Positions 7,154-17,105 of a DNA stretch of 31,244 bases are shown one piece after another. Every line of letters starts with the position of its first letter. The stretch's first letter is position 1. The stretch lies in assembly GCA_964552085.1 (NCBI GenBank), contig CAZKFP010000025.1, positions 1-31,244 of the forward strand. Direction: 5' to 3'. The notes below the pieces were generated by a model, which saw only the letters and a list, made by a program, of their open reading frames with translations, was not told the origin of the DNA and searched no databases. The DNA comes from an uncultured Steroidobacteraceae bacterium (lineage in GTDB: Bacteria; Chloroflexota; Limnocylindria; QHBO01). A program made the translations under genes and the position numbers.

Positions 7154-9912
7154 CCGGCATGGATGCAGCGCGCCACTCCGGGACGGTCACCCTGGTCTTC
7201 ACCGACATCGACGGCTCGACGCGGCTGCTCGACCAGCTGGGCGACGCGTACGCGACCCTCCTCGACGACCATCATCGGATCATGGGCACGGCCATGGAGG
7301 CGCACGGCGGCGATCGAGTCGACGCCGCCGGGGACGGGCTCTTCTTCTCATTCCCGACGGCGAGGGGCGCGCTCGTGGCGTGCATCGAGGCGCAGCGCGC
7401 GATCGCCGCCCACGCGTGGCCGGAGGAGGTCGAGGTCAAGGTGCGGATGGGCATGCACACCGGCGAGCCACTGAGCGCGACGACCGGCTTCATCGGCATC
7501 GACGTACACCGCGCGGCGCGCATCTCCGCCGCGGCCCACGGCGGCCAGATCCTCGTCTCCGGAGCCGCCCACGGGCTCATCGGCCCGACCCTGCCCGAGG
7601 GGGTCAGCGTGCGCGACCTCGGCGAACACCGGTTGAAGGACCTGGCGACGATGGAGCGTCTCTACCAGGCGGTCGCGGCCGGGCTGCCGGCCGACTTCCC
7701 GCCGGTCCGCTCGCTCGAGACGCTGCCGAACAATCTGCCTCGTCAGCTCTCCAGCTTCGTGGGCCGGGTGCAGGAGATCGCCGATGCCGAGGAGCGGCTC
7801 GGGCAGACCTCGATCCTCACCCTCACCGGCGCGGGCGGCGTCGGCAAGACGCGCCTGGCGCTCGAGGTGGGCGCGCATCTCGTCGACTCGTTCGACGACG
7901 GGGTCTGGTTCGTCGAGCTCGGCGCGCTCAGCGAGGGGGCGCTCATCGAGGCCACGATCGCATCGGCGCTGCAGCTCAAGCCCTCGTCCGCCGGCACGAT
8001 CGACATGCTGCTGGAGGGCCTCGCCGGCCGCCGGATGCTGCTCATCCTCGACAACTGCGAGCACCTGCTCGATCCGCTCGTCGAGATCGCGAGCGAGCTG
8101 CTCCGTCACTGCCCGGACCTCCAGCTGCTGGCGACGAGCCGGGAAGCGCTCGGGATGGCCGGCGAGAGCCTCATGCCGGTTCCCTCGATGACGGTGCCGG
8201 TCGCGAGCGAGCCGGGCGATGCCGATGCCCTCGAGCGGCTGAACGCCTGCGACGCCGCACGGCTCTTCCTCGAGCGCGGTCGGGCGGTCCAGCCATCCTT
8301 CGCGTTGACCGAGGACAATTGCGAGGCCGTCGCCCAGATCTGCCGTCGTCTCGACGGCATCCCGCTCGCCGTCGAGCTCGCCGCCGCGCGCGTCCGATCG
8401 CTGCCGCCGCTCCAGATCGCGGCCCGGCTCGACGACCGGTTCCGCCTGCTGACCGGGGGGAGCCGGACGGCGCTGCCGCGGCATCGCACGCTGCGGGCGG
8501 CGTTCGACTGGAGCTTCGACCTCCTGCCGGAGGCAGAGCAGGTGCTGCTGCAGCGCCTGTCCGTCTTCGGCGGCAGCTTCTCGCTCGAGGCCGCGGAGGG
8601 CGTGTGCGAGGGCGGTGCGATCGAGCGTGACGGGGTGATCGACCTCCTCAGCAACCTCGTCGACAAATCACTGCTCATGCCGGAGGAGGGATCGAACGAG
8701 GCACGATACCGCCTGCTCGAGACGATCCGCGACTACGCGCAGGAGCGGCTCTCGGAGTCCGCCGAGGCACCGGCACTGTACGAGCGCCACCGGGATTGGT
8801 TCATCGCGCTCGTCGGGCAGGCGCGCTCGGGCTTCTTCGTGGGCCCGGAGCAGGCGACGTGGCTCCAGCGGCTCTCCGACGACCACGACAACCTGCGCGC
8901 TGCTCTGCAGTGGGCCCACGAGGACCCGAACGGCGCGGACGCGGAGCTCACGCTCGCGTCGGGCCTGTGGCGATTCTGGGAGATCCGCGGGCACCTCGTC
9001 GAGGGCAGCGCGTGGCTGGAGCGTGCGCTCGCCCGGACCGGTGGCGAGATCTCGGCGCGCCGCGCGAACGCGCTCACCGGTGCGGCCGTGCTGGCGACGC
9101 AGCGAGGCGACCCGGGCGCCGCATCGGCCGCGCACGAGGCGAGCCTCCTGCTCCTGCGCGAGCTCGGCAACCCACTCGCGATCGCGGCGGCCTGCAACAA
9201 CGTCGCGAGCGCCGCGATCGAGCAGGGCAATTTCGACCGCGGGCGCGAGCTCTACCGCGAGGCGATCGAGCTCTCACGCGCCGGCGGCGACCTCCAGGGC
9301 GTCGCCCTCACCCTGCTCAACCTCGCGGACCTCGAGGCTCGTCAGCGGCGGGATGCGGAAGCCGACGATCTGTACGCAGAGAGCATCCAGACGTTCGAGA
9401 AATTCGGCGACCTCTGGGGCGTGGCGCAGGCCACCTCGCGCCTGGCGCTCGTCAGCCGCCGGCGTGGCGACCTCGCGGCGGCCCGGACGCGGTACGAGGA
9501 CGCGCTGGGCCTGTATCACCGCCTCGGAGACCAGCGCGCCGAGGCACGGATGCTCGCGGGCCTGGGCGACGTCGCGGCGCAGGAGGGCGACCTCGACGGA
9601 GCGGCGAAGAACTACCGGCGGAGCCTCTCGCTCCGCGGCGAGCTCGGTGACCGTGTCGGGGTGGCGTCGATGCTCGAGCGCCTTGCCGGGGTCGCCGAGG
9701 CCGAGCCGGAACGGGCTGCCAGGCTGCTCGGGATGGCCGCCGGCCTGCGACAGGCGGTCGGGGCGCCGCTCTCGGCAGCGGCCACTGCCGAACTCGACCA
9801 GTTCCTCGCCGGCCTGACCCGAACGCTCGGTGCGGAGGCGCTCGAGGCGGCGATGGCGGATGGGAGGCGCGCGTCCCTGGAAGCTGCGATCGCGTACGCC
9901 TCGGCCGGCTAG
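7147..9912 (+). CDS. Class III nucleotide cyclase - STAND/NB-ARC-like ATPase - TPR protein
   Basis: FTDIDGST, GDG, RMGMHTGE and HRAARI (cyclase); GAGGVGKT Walker A; LLILDNCEH Walker B; RRLDGIPLAVELAAAR; C-terminal TPR-like repeats. Confidence 0.92.
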   Translation: MVTGMDAARHSGTVTLVFTDIDGSTRLLDQLGDAYATLLDDHHRIMGTAMEAHGGDRVDAAGDGLFFSFPTARGALVACIEAQRAIAAHAWPEEVEVKVRMGMHTGEPLSATTGFIGIDVHRAARISAAAHGGQILVSGAAHGLIGPTLPEGVSVRDLGEHRLKDLATMERLYQAVAAGLPADFPPVRSLETLPNNLPRQLSSFVGRVQEIADAEERLGQTSILTLTGAGGVGKTRLALEVGAHLVDSFDDGVWFVELGALSEGALIEATIASALQLKPSSAGTIDMLLEGLAGRRMLLILDNCEHLLDPLVEIASELLRHCPDLQLLATSREALGMAGESLMPVPSMTVPVASEPGDADALERLNACDAARLFLERGRAVQPSFALTEDNCEAVAQICRRLDGIPLAVELAAARVRSLPPLQIAARLDDRFRLLTGGSRTALPRHRTLRAAFDWSFDLLPEAEQVLLQRLSVFGGSFSLEAAEGVCEGGAIERDGVIDLLSNLVDKSLLMPEEGSNEARYRLLETIRDYAQERLSESAEAPALYERHRDWFIALVGQARSGFFVGPEQATWLQRLSDDHDNLRAALQWAHEDPNGADAELTLASGLWRFWEIRGHLVEGSAWLERALARTGGEISARRANALTGAAVLATQRGDPGAASAAHEASLLLLRELGNPLAIAAACNNVASAAIEQGNFDRGRELYREAIELSRAGGDLQGVALTLLNLADLEARQRRDAEADDLYAESIQTFEKFGDLWGVAQATSRLALVSRRRGDLAAARTRYEDALGLYHRLGDQRAEARMLAGLGDVAAQEGDLDGAAKNYRRSLSLRGELGDRVGVASMLERLAGVAEAEPERAARLLGMAAGLRQAVGAPLSAAATAELDQFLAGLTRTLGAEALEAAMADGRRASLEAAIAYASAG

Positions 9913-9916
9913 CGCC

Positions 9917-10168
9917 TCAGGCGCCCTCGGCCACCGGGATCAAACGGTCCGCCACGAGTCCGTGAGCCTCGCGGTGCACCTGCTCAGCGGCCTCCGGGCT
10001 CGGCGCGTCGACGAGGCAGAAGACCTTGCCGGTCGCCTCGTCGAACCAGTAGCGCAGGTAGTTGACTCCGTACCCGGCGCCGACCTCGACGTCGCGCGCA
10101 TGCGCCTGCGCAAGCGCATCCGCCTTCAGACCCGGGATGTGTTCGTGCTCGTCGAGGTAGAGCGGCAT
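9917..10168 (-). CDS. DUF4242 / SCO4226-like nickel-binding protein
   Basis: MPLYLDEH...AHARD...YLRYW...GKVFCLVDAPSPEAAEQVHREAHGL; GGAGGGA SD upstream. Confidence 0.85.
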   Translation of the reverse strand: MPLYLDEHEHIPGLKADALAQAHARDVEVGAGYGVNYLRYWFDEATGKVFCLVDAPSPEAAEQVHREAHGLVADRLIPVAEGA

Positions 10169-10278
10169 GTTCCCTCCGTGATCGGTTGTCCCTGTGCACG
10201 ATGATAGGCGCTGATGCGAGCCGTGAACGTCCGATACCGGATAGCCGCCCCGTCCGCCATCCGTCCCGGTGCCCGCCG

Positions 10279-10917
10279 ATGACCGGCGACGGTCGGGCCG
10301 ACGACCGACGCGCGGCGTCCGGCCAGGTCGTCGTCTTCGCCGCCGCCACGGAGTTCCGCGCCTGGCTGGAGGCGAACCACGACACGTCGCGCGAGCAATG
10401 GGTCGGCTACTACCGGAAGGGCGTGCCGAAGCCGTCGATGACGTACGTCGAGGCGGTCGAGGAGGCCCTCTGCTTCGGCTGGATCGACGGCGTGGCGCGA
10501 CGGGTGGATGAGGAGGTGCACGCGAACCGCTTCACGCCGCGGACGAAGCGCAGCTCGTGGAGCGCGGTGAACATCGCCAGGATGCAGGCGCTCATCGCGG
10601 CCGGCCGGGCGCATCCGGCGGGCCTGGCCGCGTTCGAGGCGAGGAAGCCCGACAGGACAGGCATCTACTCGTACGAGAACCGGCCAGCCGACCTGCCACC
10701 GGCCTACCGGGCGCGTCTCGACGCCGATGCCTCGGCGAGCGCCTGGTGGCGGGCGCAGACGCCCGGCTACCGGCGCCTGGCCACCTGGTGGGTCGTGTCG
10801 GCGAAGCGCGAGGACACGCGCGAGCGCCGCCTGGCGACGCTCATCGAGGACTGCGCCGCCGGGCGCAAGATCGGCTCAGAGCGCGACCGAACCGCAAAGG
10901 AGCCGGGCCCGGGCTGA
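10279..10917 (+). CDS. YdeI/OmpD-associated family protein
   Basis: [37 protein letters not shown] and [10 protein letters not shown]. Start ATG 10279 inferred. Confidence 0.88.
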   Translation: MTGDGRADDRRAASGQVVVFAAATEFRAWLEANHDTSREQWVGYYRKGVPKPSMTYVEAVEEALCFGWIDGVARRVDEEVHANRFTPRTKRSSWSAVNIARMQALIAAGRAHPAGLAAFEARKPDRTGIYSYENRPADLPPAYRARLDADASASAWWRAQTPGYRRLATWWVVSAKREDTRERRLATLIEDCAAGRKIGSERDRTAKEPGPG

Positions 10918-10954
10918 AGTGCCGGGTGCCGGACGGCGTGGCTCGCCGGCAACC

Positions 10955-10981
10955 TATGATCAACGTCACCGTACCTGGAGG
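10955..10981 (+). promoter_or_regulatory. -10 element and SD of malate synthase
   Basis: TATGAT at 10955-10960 and GGAGG at 10977-10981, 6 nt before TTG 10988. Confidence 0.5.
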
Positions 10982-10987
10982 CCGATC

Positions 10988-12556
<1,569 letters not shown>

Positions 12557-12580
12557 GGCCGCTCCCGGCGCGTGCCGCGT

Positions 12581-13951
12581 TCAGGAGGCCTTGCGCAGTG
12601 CGTGACGCGCCTTCGGCGCAGTGACCTCGTAGTCGACGAGGTAGGCGTCGAAGATCGGGACGAGGTCCGCATCGGTGCTGGCGGCCAGGTGGCCGAGAAG
12701 GCGTGCCTCCGTCGTGAAACCGAACCGGTTGCGCTCGACCCACGAGCGCATGGCTCGGAAGAACGCCTCCTCGCCCATCGCGGCGCGGACGGCGTTCAGG
12801 AACTCGGTGCCCCGGTAGAAGACGGCGTGGAAGTACCCGTCGCAGCTCGTCCAGTCGCCGCCGCTGACCGGTCCGGCCGGCCATGAGAAGACCTCGCTGT
12901 TCACCGGTCGCGTCGAGCACTGGTTCGGGCCGATGCCCATGAGGTACCGCGCGCTGAAGTCGGCGAAGCCCTCGTCCAGCCACGGCTCGCGCTGCTGGTC
13001 GTTGCCGAGCTGGGCGTAGAACCACTGGTGCGCGACCTCGTGGTAGACGACGTACGGATCGCTCACCTTGCCGCGGGTGAGGTGGATCATGCGCGGGTAC
13101 TCCATGCTGAACCCGCCGCCGGCCCCGACCTCCGCCAGGACGAGGTCGTCCCACGGGTACGCGCCGAACGTCTCCGACAGGCCGATGAGCCCGCGCTGCG
13201 CGAGGTCGGCCGTGACCGTGCCATCGACCGTCTCGGTGTAGACGCGCAGCGCGATGCCGTCCACGTCGCGCTGCGTGAGCCGGAAGCGGGGATTCACGAC
13301 GAAGCTGAAATCGCGGACGTCGGTCGTCTCGCAGACCCACGAGGTGCCTTCAACCTCGGGCGCGGTCACGAGGCCGGGACACGCGACCGCATCGCGGCGG
13401 AGGGGCGTCGTCGTCTCGAGCTCAAGGCGGATCGCATCGGCTGTGAAGGAGATCTGCGGATCGCCCATGCCGTACACCTCGTGCTCGGTCGAGACGATCG
13501 GGAACCACTGGCCGAAGCTGAGCACGCCGTTGTCGCGGCTCGTGCGTGCCGAGAAGGTCTCGGGACTGCTCCCGACCTCGAGCGCGAACGGGATCGAGAT
13601 CCTCGCCGTCTCGCCCCGCGCGAGCTCGCCGAGCGGGACGCGGAGGTTGATCGAGGTCGTCCACTCGGTCGCGACCTCGACCCCGTCGACGGTGACCGGC
13701 CCGTCACTCGCCAGCCAGCCGAGCGCGCGCGGGATCATCGACAGGTTGACGTGGTCGATCGGCCCGGCAGCGCGGTTCGTGAGCTCGAGCACCTCGACCG
13801 CGTCGAGCCGCCCGGTGGCCGGGTCGAGCGTTGCGCCGATCTCGTAGCGCTGCGAGACGCGCGTCGTCGTGTCCGCCGCGACGGTCGAGGGCGCAAGCGA
13901 GCCTGCCACGCCGAGCAGCAGCGCGAGCACGAGGGAGCGGCACACGGCCAT
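12581..13951 (-). CDS. Secreted M1-family (gluzincin) metallopeptidase
   Basis: N-terminal signal peptide, GFSMEYP, and HEVAHQWF...WLDEGFADF (HExxH plus downstream E). Start ATG 13951 inferred. Confidence 0.88.
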   Translation of the reverse strand: MAVCRSLVLALLLGVAGSLAPSTVAADTTTRVSQRYEIGATLDPATGRLDAVEVLELTNRAAGPIDHVNLSMIPRALGWLASDGPVTVDGVEVATEWTTSINLRVPLGELARGETARISIPFALEVGSSPETFSARTSRDNGVLSFGQWFPIVSTEHEVYGMGDPQISFTADAIRLELETTTPLRRDAVACPGLVTAPEVEGTSWVCETTDVRDFSFVVNPRFRLTQRDVDGIALRVYTETVDGTVTADLAQRGLIGLSETFGAYPWDDLVLAEVGAGGGFSMEYPRMIHLTRGKVSDPYVVYHEVAHQWFYAQLGNDQQREPWLDEGFADFSARYLMGIGPNQCSTRPVNSEVFSWPAGPVSGGDWTSCDGYFHAVFYRGTEFLNAVRAAMGEEAFFRAMRSWVERNRFGFTTEARLLGHLAASTDADLVPIFDAYLVDYEVTAPKARHALRKAS

Positions 13952-14000
13952 CGGCCCATGTTGCCGTAGCCGATCGGGCCTGTCATCCTCGTCGGCGCCC

Positions 14001-14936
14001 ATGCACTCGAGATCGCCGCGTCGGAGGCCTCGACGCTGGCCTGCCGCCATCCTCACGTTCGTGGTCCTGTTCGCCACGGGCTTCACGGTCGTGCGCGGGA
14101 ACGTGCTCGGCATGGGCGAGCGGTTCGACCGCCTCGCCTCGCGCATCGAGACGTTCGTCGACCCACCCCCGGACCGCTCGACGCTGCCGACGGTCGTCGT
14201 GACGCCGGAGCCGAGCGCGACCGCCTCCCCGACCCCGCGCCCGACGCCGACCCTCGGACCGTCGGCGACCCCCGCCCCGACGCCGACGCCGCTCATCCGG
14301 ACGGCGGTCGATGTGAAGCTCGTCGAGGACCACTCGGCCGTCTTCACCTCGCAGCTGACCAAAGAGGACTGCGCGGTCGCGGCGACGCAGATGGTCCTGA
14401 CGATCCTCGGGCTCGGGAACCCCTCGCCCGAGTTCCAGCAGGGCATCAAGGACCGCATCGGCGAGTGGGAGGCGCTGTCGGACAGCCTGAATGGCGGCTG
14501 GGGCCCGGCCGCCGTCGGCAAGGCGCTCGCCGCGTACGGCGCGCCTGACTACGAGGTGCGCGCGTACTACACGTACACCGATGCGCTGCGCGGCTCCGCC
14601 ATCGCGATCAGCGAGATGGACAAGCCGGTCGTCATGTTCCCGTGGTGGGGCGCCCACAGCTGGGTCATGACCGGCTACCGCGCCGACGCCGATCCCACGC
14701 TCTTCGCCGACGCCGTCATCAGTGGCGCCTACATCCTCGACCCGTGGCATCCCCGCATCTCATCCATCTGGGGTCCATCCGACGAGCCAGGCAACTTCGA
14801 GGACCTCGCCGAGCTCGAACGGAACTGGCCGGTCGGCACCGGCCGCGATGGCTGGTCCCGTCCCGAGGGCCAGTACCCGGAGCGCGACGGCCGCTTCATC
14901 GTCCTCGTTCCCACGACCCCGCGCGCCGGATCCTGA
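14001..14936 (+). CDS. Membrane-anchored C39-like (papain-fold) peptidase domain protein with Pro/Thr linker
   Basis: TM segment, PTPRPTPT linker, then SQLTKEDCAVAATQM, HSWVMTGY and LDPW (Q/C/H/D arrangement). Confidence 0.65.
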   Translation: MHSRSPRRRPRRWPAAILTFVVLFATGFTVVRGNVLGMGERFDRLASRIETFVDPPPDRSTLPTVVVTPEPSATASPTPRPTPTLGPSATPAPTPTPLIRTAVDVKLVEDHSAVFTSQLTKEDCAVAATQMVLTILGLGNPSPEFQQGIKDRIGEWEALSDSLNGGWGPAAVGKALAAYGAPDYEVRAYYTYTDALRGSAIAISEMDKPVVMFPWWGAHSWVMTGYRADADPTLFADAVISGAYILDPWHPRISSIWGPSDEPGNFEDLAELERNWPVGTGRDGWSRPEGQYPERDGRFIVLVPTTPRAGS

Positions 14937-14956
14937 CGCGGCGGGCCGGGCGCGAC

Positions 14957-16330
14957 TCAGGGCGCGGGCTCGGCTCCCGGGGCGGACGCATCGGGCAGCC
15001 CCCGCAGCCGCACCGCGAGCGCGATCGCGAGGAGCACGACCTTGGCCGCCTGGCCGATCGCGAAGCCGAGCGGGATCGCGACGATCCCGAGCCCCGGCAG
15101 GAGCGCGAGCGTCGCGAGCACGGTGATCCCGAGGGCGGTCAGCGAGGCGAGCACCTGCAGGAGCGTGTGACGCGTCGCGTAGATGGCGCGGCTGAGCAGG
15201 TGCGCCAGGCTCTCGAACGGAACGGAGATCGCGAACGCGGCCAGGACGGTTGCGGTGAGCGCCACGTCCTCCGCGTCGAAGGCGCCGCCGCCGAGGAGAA
15301 CCCGGATCGCCAGCTCGCCGACGACGATGAGCCCGACCGCGGCGATCGTCGTGATGAGCGCGATGCTCGCGAGGTTCGTGAAGAGCAGGCGCAGGAAGCC
15401 GCGCCGGTCCCCGATGGCGTGCGCGGTCGAGAGCGCCGGGAAGACGGCGAGCGCGAACGCGACGCCGACGAGGCTCACCGGCACGCTCTGGAAGTTGCGG
15501 GCGAAGCTGAGCGCAGTCACGCTGCCGGCCGCGAGGCCCGACGCGACCGCGGTGAAGAAGAGGAAGGTCATCGGCTCCACCGGATGGCTGACCATCTTCG
15601 GCAGCATGAGCCGCACGAACTCGCGCACCGATGCGGTCCGTGCCTCCCAGCCCAGCCCAACCCTGAAGCGGCTTCCGCGCAGGCCGACGAACCGGCTGCC
15701 GAGGTGGGCCGCCGCGCCGATGACGGCGCCGATGGCCGGGCCGTAGATCCCGAGCTCGCCGCTCAGGGCGACCGTCCCGACCACGATCCCGCCGTTGTAG
15801 AGGAGCGGCGCGATGCCGTACCAGAAGAATCGCTGCTCCGACAGGAGCACCTGGCCGAGCGTGAGCGAGGCGGCGAAGAGGATCGGCGTGATGAGCATGA
15901 CGCGGAAGAGCGAGACGTACAGCTCGCGCTGCTCGCCGACGAAGCCCGGCGCGATGAGCCCGGTCGTCGCTTCGGCGAAGACGAACATGAGTGCCGCCGC
16001 GACGCCCATGACGGTCACCGCGGCCGTCAAGATCGTCCGGGCGAAGCGGTCCCCCTCCGCCGGGTCGGCACCGGCGCGCAGCCGGAGGAAGATCGGGATG
16101 AACGGGGCCGCCAGGCCGGCCTCGACGAGCACGTCGAGCAGGAGCTCAGGCAGGACGAAGGCCGCGTTGTACGCGTCGAGCTCCGATCCCGCCCCGAACG
16201 TGCGGGCGAAGATCCGGTCGCGGACGAGCCCCATGACGTAGCTGCCGAAGATGAGGACCGACAGGACCGCCGCGCCTTCGGGCAGGAACCGCGCGACGAC
16301 GCCGCGCACGGCTGCGGGAACGCGGCTCAT
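14957..16330 (-). CDS. murJ: Lipid II flippase MurJ
   Basis: GLVRDRIFARTFGAG.ELDAYNAAF.LPE, FIPIF, PLLYN.GI, FPALS and RAIYA; polytopic membrane protein. Confidence 0.9.
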   Translation of the reverse strand: MSRVPAAVRGVVARFLPEGAAVLSVLIFGSYVMGLVRDRIFARTFGAGSELDAYNAAFVLPELLLDVLVEAGLAAPFIPIFLRLRAGADPAEGDRFARTILTAAVTVMGVAAALMFVFAEATTGLIAPGFVGEQRELYVSLFRVMLITPILFAASLTLGQVLLSEQRFFWYGIAPLLYNGGIVVGTVALSGELGIYGPAIGAVIGAAAHLGSRFVGLRGSRFRVGLGWEARTASVREFVRLMLPKMVSHPVEPMTFLFFTAVASGLAAGSVTALSFARNFQSVPVSLVGVAFALAVFPALSTAHAIGDRRGFLRLLFTNLASIALITTIAAVGLIVVGELAIRVLLGGGAFDAEDVALTATVLAAFAISVPFESLAHLLSRAIYATRHTLLQVLASLTALGITVLATLALLPGLGIVAIPLGFAIGQAAKVVLLAIALAVRLRGLPDASAPGAEPAP

Positions 16331-16347
16331 CGGGCCGGTGCGGGCAT
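16327..16347 (-). CDS. Putative leaderless 6-codon upstream ORF (MPAPAR) whose stop overlaps the murJ start
   Basis: TAGGCT (-10) at 16360-16355, ATG 7 nt later at 16347, and TGA 16329-16327 overlapping murJ ATG 16330-16328. Confidence 0.45.
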   Translation of the reverse strand: MPAPAR

Positions 16348-16459
16348 GGCGTTCAGCCTAACCGTACCGCCGTCGCCGGCCCAACAACCCCTTGTCAACC
16401 GACGCCAGCTCCCGGTGGAGCATCCCCGCTCGGCCCCAGGACGCGCCGATCGCGATCGG

Positions 16460-16882
16460 TCACCCCGGCTCGTCGCCTCCGAGCCGGCGAAGGCGCTCGC
16501 CCACCGCGGCCAGGACCGCATCGCGCGCGTCGGGAAACTCGTCCATCAGGGCGTGGAACTCACGGTGGCCGATGACGAGCAGCCGAGTGATGCCATCGGC
16601 ACGGACGGTCGCCGTCCGAGGCCGGCCGTCGAGTAGGGAGATCTCGCCGAAGAAATCGCCGCGGTGCAGCTGCGCGACCGGCTTTCGCCCGTCGAGCACG
16701 CTGACCTGGCCGTCCAGGACAATGAAGAACTCGTGACCCGCGCGACCCTGCTGGGCGAGCACTTTGTCCAGTCCGACCTCCACCTCATCGGCGAGCTGTC
16801 CCAGGCGCTCCAGCTGGCGGGCGCTCATCTTCCGGAACAGGGGAACTCGCCGCAGGACCTCGAGCTTCTCGTCACGTGCCAC
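16460..16882 (-). CDS. Stand-alone cyclic-nucleotide-binding domain protein
   Basis: LRRVPLF, QGRAGHEFFIVLDGQV and GDFFGEISLLDGRPRTATV (phosphate-binding cassette). GTG 16882 lies 7 nt after TAGACT. Confidence 0.9.
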   Translation of the reverse strand: MARDEKLEVLRRVPLFRKMSARQLERLGQLADEVEVGLDKVLAQQGRAGHEFFIVLDGQVSVLDGRKPVAQLHRGDFFGEISLLDGRPRTATVRADGITRLLVIGHREFHALMDEFPDARDAVLAAVGERLRRLGGDEPG

Positions 16883-16958
16883 CGATCGAAGTCTACGACC
16901 GCGCGCAAGGATCGGACGGGCCGCCGCGCAATGCGGCCGGCCCGCACGCGTCTCGAGT

Positions 16959-16987
16959 CTAGACGGCCACGGAATCCGTGGTATGCT
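16959..16987 (+). promoter_or_regulatory. Sigma70-type promoter with a palindromic spacer for the zinc-ribbon gene
   Basis: CTAGAC/TAGACG -35-like at 16959-16965, extended -10 TGgTATGCT at 16979-16987, and palindrome CCACGGA-A-TCCGTGG at 16967-16981. Confidence 0.6.
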
Positions 16988-17105
16988 TCTCTGCAGCAAC
17001 GCCCCACGTGGGCATCAAACAACCGCGCGGCACCACGAACGCTCCTCTCACGGCTATTACGGCGAGATGGCTCGCTGAGGCCGCACGAGAAGGAGTCTTT
17101 TTCTT

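Noticed and set aside
10919-10932. GTGCCGG tandem repeat upstream of the aceB -10
   Set aside because: Only 7 bp twice in GC-rich DNA with no second example; likely chance.
14200-14295. CCGACGCCG-type short repeats
   Set aside because: They encode the Pro/Thr linker of the C39-like protein; not a CRISPR array or mobile repeat.
13952-14521. N-terminal extension making the M1 peptidase 646 aa
   Set aside because: It overlaps the opposite-strand C39-like gene; a signal peptide begins at ATG 13951.
16393-16398. Perfect TTGACA on the minus strand upstream of murJ
   Set aside because: No -10 at 16-18 bp spacing; the nearest candidates are 26 and 32 bp away.
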